Source: Escherichia phage vB_EcoM_G2133
Sequence record: MK327928.1
DNA: 64,000 nt
Direction: 5' to 3' (one strand)
This document shows positions 1-12,506 of this stretch, piece after piece (the first letter of the stretch is position 1; the number at the start of each line of letters is the position of its first letter). The notes under the pieces are model-generated. The model saw only the letters and a list, made by a program, of their open reading frames with translations, did no database searches and was not told the origin of the DNA. The position numbers and the translations under genes are program-made.

Positions 1-1172
<1,172 letters not shown>

Positions 1173-1200
1173 TATTAAAGCATATTAAAGAGGATTAAAA

Positions 1201-3180
1201 ATGACTTTATTATCTCCGGGCATTGAGCTCAAAGAAACTACGGTTCAAAGCACCGTGGTTAATAACTCTACTGGTACAGCAGCTTTGGCCGGTAAATTCC
1301 AGTGGGGTCCTGCTTTTCAGATTAAACAGGTTACAAATGAAGTAGATTTAGTTAATACTTTTGGTCAACCAACCGCTGAAACTGCTGACTATTTTATGTC
1401 TGCGATGAATTTCTTGCAGTACGGAAATGACTTACGAGTAGTTCGTGCTGTTGATAGAGATACCGCTAAAAACTCATCGCCAATTGCTGGTAATATTGAA
1501 TACACAATTTCTACCCCAGGTAGTAACTACGCGGTTGGAGATAAAATCACGGTCAAATATGTTTCAGATGATATTGAAACTGAAGGTAAAATTACTGAAG
1601 TAGACGCAGATGGAAAAATTAAGAAAATTAATATTCCTACTGCAAAAATTATCGCTAAAGCGAAAGAAGTCGGTGAATATCCAGCACTAGGTTCTAACTG
1701 GACTGCGGAAATTTCTTCGTCTTCCTCTGGTTTAGCTGCAGTAATAACTCTTGGAAAAATTATTACTGATTCTGGTATTTTATTAGCTGAAATTGAAAAT
1801 GCTGAAGCTGCTATGACAGCGGTTGACTTTCAAGCAAGTCTCGAAAAATACGGAATTCCAGGAGTAGTAGCTCTTTATCCAGGCGAATTAGGCGATAAAA
1901 TTGAAATTGAAATCGTATCTAAAGCTGACTACGCAAAAGGGGCTTCTGCATTACTCCCAATTTATCCGGGCGGTGGTACTCGCGCATCTACTGCTAAAGC
2001 AGTGTTTGGATATGGACCACAAACTGATTCACAGTACGCTATTATAGTTCGTCGTAATGATGCTATTGTTCAAAGCGTTGTTCTTTCGACTAAGCGTGGT
2101 GAAAAAGATATTTACGATAGTAACATCTATATCGATGACTTTTTCGCAAAAGGCGGCTCAGAATATATTTTTGCAACTGCACAAAACTGGCCAGAAGGCT
2201 TCTCTGGAATTTTAACTCTGTCTGGTGGATTATCATCAAATGCTGAAGTAACAGCAGGAGATTTGATGGAAGCTTGGGACTTCTTTGCTGACCGTGAATC
2301 TGTTGACGTTCAACTGTTTATTGCGGGTTCTTGTGCCGGTGAATCTTTAGAAACAGCATCTACTGTCCAAAAACACGTCGTTTCAATTGGGGATGCTCGC
2401 CAAGATTGCTTAGTATTGTGCTCACCGCCGCGCGAAACTGTAGTTGGAATTCCTGTAACTCGCGCTGTTGATAACTTAGTCAATTGGAGAACTGCAGCAG
2501 GTTCATACACTGATAATAACTTTAATATCAGTTCAACCTATGCAGCAATTGATGGTAACTATAAGTATCAGTATGACAAATATAATGATGTGAATCGTTG
2601 GGTTCCATTAGCAGCTGATATTGCTGGTTTATGCGCAAGAACTGATAACGTATCTCAGACTTGGATGTCTCCAGCTGGTTATAATCGTGGTCAGATTCTT
2701 AACGTTATTAAACTGGCTATTGAAACTCGCCAGGCTCAGCGCGACCGTTTATACCAAGAAGCTATCAACCCAGTAACTGGTACAGGTGGTGATGGTTACG
2801 TATTGTATGGTGATAAAACAGCTACTTCTGTTCCTTCTCCATTTGATCGTATTAACGTTCGTCGTCTGTTTAATATGTTGAAAACTAATATCGGACGTAG
2901 TTCAAAATATCGTTTGTTCGAATTAAACAACGCGTTTACTCGTTCATCATTCCGCACAGAAACTGCCCAGTACTTGCAGGGAATTAAAGCTCTCGGTGGA
3001 ATTTATGAATATCGTGTAGTTTGCGATACAACAAATAATACTCCGTCAGTAATTGATAGAAATGAGTTTGTTGCAACATTCTACATCCAACCGGCTCGTA
3101 GTATAAATTATATCCAACTTAATTTCGTCGCAACTGCTACTGGTGCAGATTTTGATGAGTTAACTGGTCTTGCAGGTTAA
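1201..3180 (+). CDS. 18: tail sheath protein
   Basis: 659 aa, same length as T4 gp18; N-terminus MTLLSPGIELKETTVQSTVVNNSTG; position after gene 17. Confidence 0.95.
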   Translation: MTLLSPGIELKETTVQSTVVNNSTGTAALAGKFQWGPAFQIKQVTNEVDLVNTFGQPTAETADYFMSAMNFLQYGNDLRVVRAVDRDTAKNSSPIAGNIEYTISTPGSNYAVGDKITVKYVSDDIETEGKITEVDADGKIKKINIPTAKIIAKAKEVGEYPALGSNWTAEISSSSSGLAAVITLGKIITDSGILLAEIENAEAAMTAVDFQASLEKYGIPGVVALYPGELGDKIEIEIVSKADYAKGASALLPIYPGGGTRASTAKAVFGYGPQTDSQYAIIVRRNDAIVQSVVLSTKRGEKDIYDSNIYIDDFFAKGGSEYIFATAQNWPEGFSGILTLSGGLSSNAEVTAGDLMEAWDFFADRESVDVQLFIAGSCAGESLETASTVQKHVVSIGDARQDCLVLCSPPRETVVGIPVTRAVDNLVNWRTAAGSYTDNNFNISSTYAAIDGNYKYQYDKYNDVNRWVPLAADIAGLCARTDNVSQTWMSPAGYNRGQILNVIKLAIETRQAQRDRLYQEAINPVTGTGGDGYVLYGDKTATSVPSPFDRINVRRLFNMLKTNIGRSSKYRLFELNNAFTRSSFRTETAQYLQGIKALGGIYEYRVVCDTTNNTPSVIDRNEFVATFYIQPARSINYIQLNFVATATGADFDELTGLAG

Positions 3181-3186
3181 TTGATT

Positions 3187-3825
3187 ATGGGGCTTCGGCC
3201 CCTATTCTCGAGGAAACAAGTGATTATTTCTAAGTTTGTTACAATAAAACCAAGAAATCATTCAAAAATGTGGTCGACAATTCTGGGATATAAAGTATCA
3301 TATCATGATACAGTATCTGTTCCAATAGAATTAATGCCAAAGAATAGTAATAAAATAGTTGACGCTAAATGTGATTTGTGTGGTATTAAATTTAGTAGAA
3401 GCATTCAGCTTTTAAATAGAACACCCACGCATGCATGTAGAAAATGTAGCATTAAACAAGTTGCTATTAAAAATTCGGAAGTTCAATCTGGAATAAGTAG
3501 ACCATGGCAAAGAGGTGATAAACATCCTCGATGGACTGGTAAAAGAAAAGAGTTTGCATTATATGCTAGTAGAGTTCATTCTATAACTAAGTCAGCTAAA
3601 ATAAGAAAAATCTGGTCAAAATGGCCAAATGCTGATAAAATAGGAGTGTGTGGTGTAGAAGGTGCTTACCAACTTGATCATAAGGTATCTATCAAATATG
3701 GATTTGATAATTTAATTCCGCCGGAAATTATAGCAAGCGTAAAAAATTTAGAAATAATCACTTGGGAATCTAACCGAGAAAAGTCAAAAAGAAATAGCGT
3801 AGATCTTTGGGATTTACTAGAATGA
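3187..3825 (+). CDS. HNH-family homing endonuclease (free-standing), zinc-finger containing
   Basis: ORF 3181..3825; paired CxxC motifs (CDLCGIKF, HACRKCS) and HNH-like motif QLDHKVSIKYGFDN...NLEIITWESNREKSKRN; track start 3181 is TTG; in-frame ATG at 3187 and 3268, GTG at 3220 preceded by GAGG; start uncertain. Confidence 0.7.
   Translation: MGLRPLFSRKQVIISKFVTIKPRNHSKMWSTILGYKVSYHDTVSVPIELMPKNSNKIVDAKCDLCGIKFSRSIQLLNRTPTHACRKCSIKQVAIKNSEVQSGISRPWQRGDKHPRWTGKRKEFALYASRVHSITKSAKIRKIWSKWPNADKIGVCGVEGAYQLDHKVSIKYGFDNLIPPEIIASVKNLEIITWESNREKSKRNSVDLWDLLE
3189..3202 (+). promoter_or_regulatory. RNA stem-loop GGGGCUUCGGCCCC (UUCG tetraloop) at 3' end of gene 18 / 5' end of HNH ORF
   Basis: perfect 5-bp GC stem with CUUCGG loop, 9 nt after gene 18 stop; the same 14-mer recurs at 12778, 34118 and 62998 in transcript sense. 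Confidence 0.55.
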
Positions 3826-3832
3826 TTCTAAA

Positions 3833-3850
3833 GGCCTGTTTCGGCAGGCC
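3833..3850 (+). terminator. stem-loop after HNH ORF
   Basis: GGCCTG-tttcgg-CAGGCC hairpin 8 nt after HNH stop; no strong U-tract, so terminator function uncertain. Confidence 0.4.
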
Positions 3851-3851
3851 A

Positions 3852-3859
3852 TATAAATA
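3852..3859 (+). promoter_or_regulatory. late promoter box TATAAATA (distal, upstream of gene 19)
   Basis: exact TATAAATA immediately after the 3833 hairpin. Confidence 0.5.
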
Positions 3860-3910
3860 CACTATATCCTTAATTCTTTAATTCTATATGCCCTAGGTTA
3901 AACATAGGGA

Positions 3911-3918
3911 TATAAATA
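3911..3918 (+). promoter_or_regulatory. late promoter box TATAAATA (proximal, gene 19)
   Basis: exact TATAAATA 15 nt upstream of gene 19 ATG, after a small CCCTA/TAGGG hairpin. Confidence 0.6.
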
Positions 3919-3932
3919 CTACAGAGGCTAAT

Positions 3933-4424
3933 ATGTTTGTAGATGATGTAACACGAGCGTTTGAATCTGGTGATTTTGCTCGACCTAACTTATTCCAAGT
4001 AGAAATTTCTTATCTTGGACAAAATTTTACGTTTCAATGTAAAGCCACTGCTTTACCAGCTGGTATTGTAGAAAAAATTCCAGTCGGATTTATGAACCGT
4101 AAAATTAACGTAGCAGGCGATCGTACATTCGATGACTGGACTGTTACAGTAATGAACGATGAAGCTCATGATGCTCGCCAGAAGTTCGTTGATTGGCAAA
4201 GCATTGCTGCGGGGCAAGGAAACGAAATTACTGGTGGAAAACCTGCAGAGTATAAAAAGAGCGCTATCGTTCGTCAATATGCTCGTGACGCTAAAACAGT
4301 AACAAAAGAAATTGAAATTAAAGGTCTGTGGCCTACTAACGTGGGTGAACTTCAATTAGATTGGGATTCAAACAATGAAATCCAAACATTTGAAGTAACT
4401 CTTGCTCTCGATTATTGGGAATAA
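3933..4424 (+). CDS. 19: tail tube protein
   Basis: 163 aa, same length as T4 gp19; MFVDDVTRAFESGDFARPNLFQVEISYLG. Confidence 0.95.
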   Translation: MFVDDVTRAFESGDFARPNLFQVEISYLGQNFTFQCKATALPAGIVEKIPVGFMNRKINVAGDRTFDDWTVTVMNDEAHDARQKFVDWQSIAAGQGNEITGGKPAEYKKSAIVRQYARDAKTVTKEIEIKGLWPTNVGELQLDWDSNNEIQTFEVTLALDYWE

Positions 4425-4431
4425 AATGAAT

Positions 4432-4445
4432 GGGGAGAAATCCCC
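4432..4445 (+). terminator. stem-loop GGGGA-gaaa-TCCCC after gene 19
   Basis: GC-rich hairpin 8 nt after gene 19 stop. Confidence 0.4.
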
Positions 4446-4456
4446 ATCCTGCTTAA

Positions 4457-6081
<1,625 letters not shown>

Positions 6082-6082
<1 letters not shown>

Positions 6083-6327
6083 TGGAAGGTTTAATTGAAG
6101 CTATTAAATCAAACGACCTCGTAGCCGCTCGTAAATTATTTGCTGAAGCCATGGCTGCAAGAACGATTGATTTAATTAAAGAAGAAAAAATCGCTATCGC
6201 TCGTAATTTCTTAATCGAAGGTGAAGAACCTGAAGACGAGGATGAAGATGAAGATGATGACGAAGATAGCGATGATAAAGACGACAAAAAAGACAAAGAC
6301 TCTGACGAAGACGAGGATGATGAATAA
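6082..6327 (+). CDS. 67: prohead core protein with acidic C-terminal tail
   Basis: 81 aa, Asp/Glu-rich tail; start overlaps gene 20 stop (TAATG); synteny. Confidence 0.85.
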
Positions 6328-6752
6328 TGCTTCTGATCCCTGAAACTCATGAATTAGTTCTCGAGAATGTCGAAGCACTTATTCCTGAAGCACAGGGTCG
6401 CTTTGACGAATTGTCTTCTGCTTTAAATAAAGACGATATAAATACAATTGTCGAGAATATGCTTGATGATGAAACTGATTTAGCGGTTGCATTAGCTTCT
6501 ATTAATGAAAATATGCCGTTAAATGAATTCATCGTTAAACATGTTTCCGCCCGTGGTGAAATTACTCGCACTAAAGACCGCAAAACGCGTGAACGTAATG
6601 CATTTCAAACCACTGGACTGTCTAAAGCAAAACGTAGACAAATTGCTCGTAAAGCTACCAAAACGAAGATTGCCAATCCAGCAGGTCAATCTCGTGCTCA
6701 GCGTAAGCGTAAAAAAGCTCTTAAACGCCGTAAAGCATTAGGATTAAGCTAA
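6327..6752 (+). CDS. 68: prohead core protein
   Basis: 141 aa as in T4 gp68; start overlaps gene 67 stop; synteny. Confidence 0.85.
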
Positions 6753-7390
6753 TGAATGAACCCCAATTACTAATTGAAACTTGGGGTCAACCTGGCGAAA
6801 TTATTGATGGCGTACCAATGCTTGAATCTCATGATGGAAAAGACTTAGGTTTAAAACCGGGTTTATACATCGAAGGAATATTCATGCAAGCGGAAGTTGT
6901 CAATAGAAATAAACGTCTTTATCCAAAACGTATATTAGAAAAAGCGGTAAAAGACTATATTAATGAGCAAGTTTTAACTAAACAAGCTCTCGGAGAATTA
7001 AATCATCCTCCACGCGCTAATGTTGACCCAATGCAAGCCGCTATCATTATAGAAGATATGTGGTGGAAAGGAAATGACGTATACGGACGAGCTCGTGTTA
7101 TTGAAGGTGACCATGGTCCTGGAGATAAATTAGCAGCTAATATTCGTGCCGGATGGATTCCAGGAGTTTCTTCTCGTGGATTAGGTTCATTGACTGACAC
7201 AAATAAAGGTTATCGTATCGTAAACGAAGGATTCAAATTAACTGTAGGTGTTGATGCAGTATGGGGTCCAAGTGCTCCAGATGCATGGGTAACTCCTAAG
7301 GAAATTACCGAATCACAGACGGCGGAAGCCGATACAAGTGCCGATGACGCCTATATGGCTCTCGCAGAGGCCATGAAAAAAGCGTTATAA
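6752..7390 (+). CDS. 21: prohead core protease
   Basis: 212 aa as in T4 gp21; synteny between 68 and 22. Confidence 0.92.
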   Translation: MNEPQLLIETWGQPGEIIDGVPMLESHDGKDLGLKPGLYIEGIFMQAEVVNRNKRLYPKRILEKAVKDYINEQVLTKQALGELNHPPRANVDPMQAAIIIEDMWWKGNDVYGRARVIEGDHGPGDKLAANIRAGWIPGVSSRGLGSLTDTNKGYRIVNEGFKLTVGVDAVWGPSAPDAWVTPKEITESQTAEADTSADDAYMALAEAMKKAL

Positions 7391-7393
7391 ATA
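7386..7393 (+). promoter_or_regulatory. late promoter box TATAAATA for gene 22
   Basis: exact TATAAATA overlapping gene 21 stop, 27 nt upstream of gene 22 ATG. Confidence 0.6.
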
Positions 7394-7420
7394 TTATTAT
7401 CTAAACAACAGGACTACAAA

Positions 7421-8230
7421 ATGCTTAAAGAACAACTGATTGCCGAAGCGCAGAAAATTGATGCTTCCGTTGCTCTTGATAGTATTTTCGAATCAGTTAA
7501 TATTTCTCCGGAAGCAAAAGAAACTTTCGGCACTGTATTCGAAGCTACCGTCAAGCAGCACGCCGTTAAATTAGCTGAATCTCATATCGCTAAAATTGCT
7601 GAAAAAGCAGAAGAAGAAGTAGAAAAAAATAAAGAAGAAGCCGAAGAAAAAGCTGAGAAGAAAATCGCTGAGCAAGCTTCTAAATTCATTGACCATCTTG
7701 CAAAAGAATGGCTCGCTGAAAATAAATTAGCAGTTGATAAAGGCATCAAAGCCGAACTGTTTGAATCCATGCTTGGTGGATTAAAAGAGCTCTTTGTTGA
7801 ACACAACGTTGTTGTTCCAGAAGAATCAGTTGATGTTGTAGCTGAAATGGAAGAAGAGCTGCAAGAACATAAAGAAGAATCAGCTCGTCTGTTCGAAGAA
7901 CTCAATAAGCGTGACGCATATATCAATTATGTGCAGCGTGAAGTGGCATTGAGCGAAAGTACTAAAGATCTGACTGAGTCTCAAAAAGAAAAAGTCTCTG
8001 CTCTGGTCGAAGGTATGGATTATTCAGATGCATTCTCAAGTAAATTGAGTGCAATCGTAGAAATGGTGAAGAAATCTAATAAAGATGAAAGCACTATTAC
8101 TGAGAGTATAAATACTCCTGATACTGAAGCAGCCGGACTGAATTTCGTCACTGAAGCTGTAGAAGATAAAGCTGCACAAGGTGCAGAAGATATTGTAAGT
8201 GTATATGCGAAAGTCGCATCTCGTTTCTAA
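7421..8230 (+). CDS. 22: prohead core scaffold protein
   Basis: 269 aa, Glu/Lys-rich helical protein; synteny. Confidence 0.9.
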   Translation: MLKEQLIAEAQKIDASVALDSIFESVNISPEAKETFGTVFEATVKQHAVKLAESHIAKIAEKAEEEVEKNKEEAEEKAEKKIAEQASKFIDHLAKEWLAENKLAVDKGIKAELFESMLGGLKELFVEHNVVVPEESVDVVAEMEEELQEHKEESARLFEELNKRDAYINYVQREVALSESTKDLTESQKEKVSALVEGMDYSDAFSSKLSAIVEMVKKSNKDESTITESINTPDTEAAGLNFVTEAVEDKAAQGAEDIVSVYAKVASRF

Positions 8231-8248
8231 TTTTAAAGGTTAACACAA

Positions 8249-9814
8249 ATGACTATCAAAACTAAAGCTGAACTTTTGAACAAATGGAAGCCATTACTGG
8301 AAGGTGAAGGTTTACCGGAAATTGCTAATAGCAAACAAGCGATTATCGCTAAAATCTTTGAAAACCAGGAAAAAGATTTCCAGACAGCTCCGGAATATAA
8401 AGACGAAAAAATTGCTCAGGCATTTGGTTCTTTCTTAACAGAAGCTGAAATCGGCGGTGACCATGGTTACAATGCTACTAACATCGCTGCAGGTCAGACT
8501 TCTGGCGCAGTAACTCAGATTGGCCCAGCTGTTATGGGTATGGTACGTCGTGCTATTCCTAACCTGATTGCTTTCGATATTTGTGGTGTTCAGCCGATGA
8601 ACAGCCCGACTGGCCAGGTATTCGCATTGCGTGCAGTATATGGTAAAGACCCAGTGGCTGCCGGTGCTAAAGAAGCATTCCACCCAATGTATGGTCCAGA
8701 TGCAATGTTCTCTGGTCAGGGTGCTGCTAAGAAATTCCCAGCTCTGGCTGCTAGCACACAAACCGTTGTAGGTGATATCTATACTCACTTCTTCCAGGAA
8801 ACTGGTACCGTGTATCTGCAAGCTTCAGCTGTAGTAACAATCGATGCTGGTGCGACTGATGCTGCTAAATTAGATGCCGAAGTTAAGAAACAAATGGAAG
8901 CTGGTGTACTGGTAGAAATCGCTGAAGGTATGGCTACTTCTATCGCTGAACTTCAGGAAGGTTTCAACGGTTCTACCGATAACCCATGGAATGAAATGGG
9001 CTTCCGTATCGATAAACAAGTTATCGAAGCTAAATCTCGTCAGCTGAAAGCTGCTTACTCTATCGAATTAGCACAAGACCTCCGCGCTGTTCACGGTATG
9101 GATGCTGATGCTGAACTGTCTGGTATTCTGGCTACAGAAATTATGCTGGAAATCAACCGTGAAGTTGTTGATTGGATTAACTACTCAGCTCAGGTTGGTA
9201 AATCTGGTATGACCCTGACTCCGGGTTCTAAAGCTGGTGTATTTGACTTCCAAGACCCAATCGATATTCGTGGTGCTCGCTGGGCAGGTGAATCCTTTAA
9301 AGCTCTGTTGTTCCAGATTGACAAAGAAGCAGTTGAAATTGCTCGTCAGACTGGTCGTGGTGAAGGTAACTTCATTATCGCTTCCCGTAACGTAGTTAAC
9401 GTTCTGGCTTCAGTTGATACCGGCATTTCTTATGCTGCACAGGGTCTGGCTACCGGCTTCAACACTGATACTACCAAGTCAGTATTTGCTGGTGTTCTGG
9501 GTGGTAAATACCGTGTATATATCGACCAGTATGCTAAACAGGATTATTTCACTGTAGGTTATAAAGGTCCGAACGAAATGGATGCTGGTATTTACTATGC
9601 TCCATATGTAGCTCTGACTCCGCTGCGTGGTTCCGATCCGAAGAACTTCCAACCGGTAATGGGATTCAAAACTCGTTACGGTATCGGTATCAACCCATTT
9701 GCAGAATCCGCTGCTCAGGCTCCGGCTTCTCGCATCCAGAGCGGTATGCCTTCTATTCTGAATAGCCTTGGTAAAAACGCTTACTTCCGCCGTGTATATG
9801 TTAAAGGTATCTAA
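8249..9814 (+). CDS. 23: major capsid protein
   Basis: 521 aa as in T4 gp23; MTIKTKAELLNKWKPLLEGEGLPEIANSKQAIIAKIFENQEKDFQ. Confidence 0.96.
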   Translation: MTIKTKAELLNKWKPLLEGEGLPEIANSKQAIIAKIFENQEKDFQTAPEYKDEKIAQAFGSFLTEAEIGGDHGYNATNIAAGQTSGAVTQIGPAVMGMVRRAIPNLIAFDICGVQPMNSPTGQVFALRAVYGKDPVAAGAKEAFHPMYGPDAMFSGQGAAKKFPALAASTQTVVGDIYTHFFQETGTVYLQASAVVTIDAGATDAAKLDAEVKKQMEAGVLVEIAEGMATSIAELQEGFNGSTDNPWNEMGFRIDKQVIEAKSRQLKAAYSIELAQDLRAVHGMDADAELSGILATEIMLEINREVVDWINYSAQVGKSGMTLTPGSKAGVFDFQDPIDIRGARWAGESFKALLFQIDKEAVEIARQTGRGEGNFIIASRNVVNVLASVDTGISYAAQGLATGFNTDTTKSVFAGVLGGKYRVYIDQYAKQDYFTVGYKGPNEMDAGIYYAPYVALTPLRGSDPKNFQPVMGFKTRYGIGINPFAESAAQAPASRIQSGMPSILNSLGKNAYFRRVYVKGI

Positions 9815-9829
9815 TCTTTGACGATTTAA

Positions 9830-9853
9830 GGGACCTTCGGGTCCCTTTAGTTG
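9830..9853 (+). terminator. rho-independent terminator after gene 23
   Basis: GGGACC-ttcg-GGTCCC hairpin followed by TTTAGTTGTTTTT. Confidence 0.7.
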
Positions 9854-9862
9854 TTTTTATGG

Positions 9863-9870
9863 TATAAATA
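9863..9870 (+). promoter_or_regulatory. late promoter box TATAAATA for gene 24
   Basis: exact TATAAATA 27 nt upstream of gene 24 ATG. Confidence 0.6.
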
Positions 9871-9897
9871 AATCATATAAACCAAAAGGAAAGCGCA

Positions 9898-11181
9898 ATG
9901 GCTAAAATCAACGAACTTCTGCGCGAATCAACCACAACGAATAGCAACTCAATCGGTCGCCCAAATCTCGTTGCTTTGACTCGCGCTACCACTAAATTAA
10001 TATATTCTGACATTGTAGCAACGCAAAGAACTAATCAACCTGTTGCTGCTTTTTATGGTATCAAATACCTTAACCCAGACAACGAATTTACATTTAAAAC
10101 TGGTGCTACTTACGCTGGCGAAGCTGGATATGTAGACCGAGAACAAATCACAGAATTAACAGAAGAGTCTAAATTAACTCTCAATAAAGGCGATTTATTC
10201 AAATATAATAATATCGTTTATAAAGTATTAGAAGATACTCCATTCGCTGATATTGAAGAAAGCGACTTAGAGTTAGCTCTTCAGATTGCAATTGTTCTTT
10301 TAAAGGTTCGTCTATTTTCTGACGCAGCGTCAACAAGCAAATTTGAAAGCTCTGATAGTGAAATTGCGGATGCTAGATTTCAGATTAATAAATGGCAAAC
10401 CGCGGTTAAATCTCGTAAACTTAAAACTGGCATCACAGTTGAATTAGCGCAAGATTTAGAAGCAAATGGATTCGATGCTCCTAATTTCTTGGAAGATTTG
10501 CTTGCAACTGAAATGGCAGATGAAATCAATAAAGATATTCTGCAGTCTTTGATTACAGTGTCAAAACGCTATAAAGTTACAGGAATTACTGATAGTGGAT
10601 TCATCGATTTGAGTTATGCATCTGCACCTGAAGCGGGTCGTTCATTATATCGAATGGTATGTGAAATGGTTTCGCATATCCAAAAAGAATCAACTTATAC
10701 AGCAACGTTCTGTGTTGCTTCAGCTCGTGCCGCTGCGATTCTTGCTGCATCAGGTTGGTTAAAATATAAACCAGAAGATGATAAATATCTTTCACAAAAT
10801 GCCTACGGGTTCTTAGCTAATGGTTTACCGCTTTATTGCGATACTAACAGCCCATTAGATTATGTAATCGTTGGTGTAGTAGAAAATATCGGTGAAAAAG
10901 AAATTGTTGGATCAATTTTCTATGCTCCGTATACAGAAGGTCTTGACTTAGATGACCCTGAACATGTAGGTGCATTTAAAGTTGTTGTTGATCCAGAAAG
11001 CTTACAACCGTCTATCGGTTTATTAGTTAGATATGCTTTATCAGCAAATCCTTATACCGTAGCAAAAGATGAAAAAGAAGCAAGAATAATTGATGGTGGA
11101 GACATGGATAAAATGGCGGGTCGTTCAGATTTGTCTGTTTTATTAGGTGTTAAATTACCAAAAATTATTATTGATGAATAA
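9898..11181 (+). CDS. 24: capsid vertex protein
   Basis: 427 aa as in T4 gp24; recognisable similarity to gp23 fold region; synteny. Confidence 0.93.
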   Translation: MAKINELLRESTTTNSNSIGRPNLVALTRATTKLIYSDIVATQRTNQPVAAFYGIKYLNPDNEFTFKTGATYAGEAGYVDREQITELTEESKLTLNKGDLFKYNNIVYKVLEDTPFADIEESDLELALQIAIVLLKVRLFSDAASTSKFESSDSEIADARFQINKWQTAVKSRKLKTGITVELAQDLEANGFDAPNFLEDLLATEMADEINKDILQSLITVSKRYKVTGITDSGFIDLSYASAPEAGRSLYRMVCEMVSHIQKESTYTATFCVASARAAAILAASGWLKYKPEDDKYLSQNAYGFLANGLPLYCDTNSPLDYVIVGVVENIGEKEIVGSIFYAPYTEGLDLDDPEHVGAFKVVVDPESLQPSIGLLVRYALSANPYTVAKDEKEARIIDGGDMDKMAGRSDLSVLLGVKLPKIIIDE

Positions 11182-11187
11182 AACAAA

Positions 11188-11203
11188 GGGACCGAAAGGT
11201 CCC
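11188..11203. terminator. bidirectional terminator hairpin between convergent genes 24 and rnlB
   Basis: GGGACC-gaaa-GGTCCC flanked by A-run upstream and T-run downstream. Confidence 0.65.
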
Positions 11204-11210
11204 TTTTTAT

Positions 11211-12218
11211 TTAGCTCACCAACTCAATCCAAGCTGGACGAAGTACATCTTGTACCATTTTAACTAATTCCTTTTTAATCAAAGAAGGATTATCTGCTTG
11301 AGTTAGAGTAATACCTTCACGAGAAGTTTCTTCCAAAATATCTTGAACAGTTAGCCCCATCACCTTTCCAAAATCCTTTGGACCAATTTCGCCAATTTTA
11401 GAAATAACGTTATTTACGCGGTTTAGTGTAACGTAACAAGCTAAAATTCCAACCAATTTGTTATCAGCTTCTGATAGTTCAACTTTAGCTTTAATAGGCT
11501 TATCAGACTTTTTCTTTTCACTAAATTTAGAGTTCTTGCATTTAATCGCTACACGAGCACCGTTTGGCAGCCATTTAGGGAAACAAGGCTTCAGAACATA
11601 ACCTTCTGCAGTATTATCACCAATAACATTAGCATCAAATACACAATTATTTGCTTCGACAAGGTCTTCCGATGCCGTAACGTTATAAGCGGCTAAGACG
11701 GAATCAAGGTCGTTTGGAATCATGATAAGAGCATCAAATGTTCCACGTCCAAGCATTGGTGCCATTTTAAAACCAAACGTATTACAGAAATCTTGCATTT
11801 CGTAATCACTCATGTAATAAGTATCACCGCTTTCCGTGTTTATGATGATATCGAATACATAGAAATCTTTTTCACCGTAGTCAACACCTTTCTGAATTCC
11901 ACCACCAGCGAATTCACCAAAGACTTGATATGTCACCGGCACTGAAGTTGAAATACTGTCCATGACTTCTTGAACGCCTTTAATAGCTTTATCATACTTT
12001 TTGAGTACTATTTCATAGCCATAAAAATCTTCTGCTGGAAGAATAGGGCCAGTACGTTTAGCGCAAGTTACTTTATCACGCTCAATAATCAATGAGAAAT
12101 TTGTACCATGAATCTTTTCACGAGCTACCCACTCCCCACCAGTCAATCCCAAGCTATAAAGTTTTTCAATAAATTTAGAGTTGTAATGATTTTCAAGACT
12201 GCTATACTTTTTAAACAT
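11211..12218 (-). CDS. rnlB: RNA ligase 2
   Basis: 335 aa; N-terminal nucleotidyltransferase lysine motif EKIHGTN; position after gene 24 on opposite strand as in T4. Confidence 0.88.
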   Translation of the reverse strand: MFKKYSSLENHYNSKFIEKLYSLGLTGGEWVAREKIHGTNFSLIIERDKVTCAKRTGPILPAEDFYGYEIVLKKYDKAIKGVQEVMDSISTSVPVTYQVFGEFAGGGIQKGVDYGEKDFYVFDIIINTESGDTYYMSDYEMQDFCNTFGFKMAPMLGRGTFDALIMIPNDLDSVLAAYNVTASEDLVEANNCVFDANVIGDNTAEGYVLKPCFPKWLPNGARVAIKCKNSKFSEKKKSDKPIKAKVELSEADNKLVGILACYVTLNRVNNVISKIGEIGPKDFGKVMGLTVQDILEETSREGITLTQADNPSLIKKELVKMVQDVLRPAWIELVS

Positions 12219-12227
12219 AATTAATCC

Positions 12228-12506
12228 TCAAAATGTAATTTCTAACCAATCACCATCACGCTGATCACTATTGACTTTAAAGCTGAATCCTTCTTTTCTC
12301 AGCCAATCACCAATTTCTTCAGTAATCAATTTATCACGAGCAATACAATAATAATTAAAATGTGTTTTACCTTGTTCAGCTGCTTTATTAGCAAGTTCCG
12401 AAAAATCTTTAATAAAACATTCTAGCTTAAACTGTTTACTTTTGAATGCTTTTTCGCGTAATTGATTAGCAAAAGATTCATTTTCATAAAGATCATACTG
12501 TTCCAT
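12228..12506 (-). CDS. hypothetical protein (position of T4 24.2)
   Basis: 92 aa ORF with ATG start; synteny only. Confidence 0.55.
   Translation of the reverse strand: MEQYDLYENESFANQLREKAFKSKQFKLECFIKDFSELANKAAEQGKTHFNYYCIARDKLITEEIGDWLRKEGFSFKVNSDQRDGDWLEITF

Noticed and set aside
6230-6325. (GAA/GAT)n-like acidic codon tract at the 3' end of gene 67
   Set aside because: Low-complexity coding sequence for the acidic tail of the prohead core protein, a normal feature of this gene rather than a repeat element.
7582-7926. 114-aa Ser/Cys-rich minus-strand ORF
   Set aside because: Antisense to the Glu/Lys-rich scaffold gene 22; composition mirrors the sense strand, no start context.
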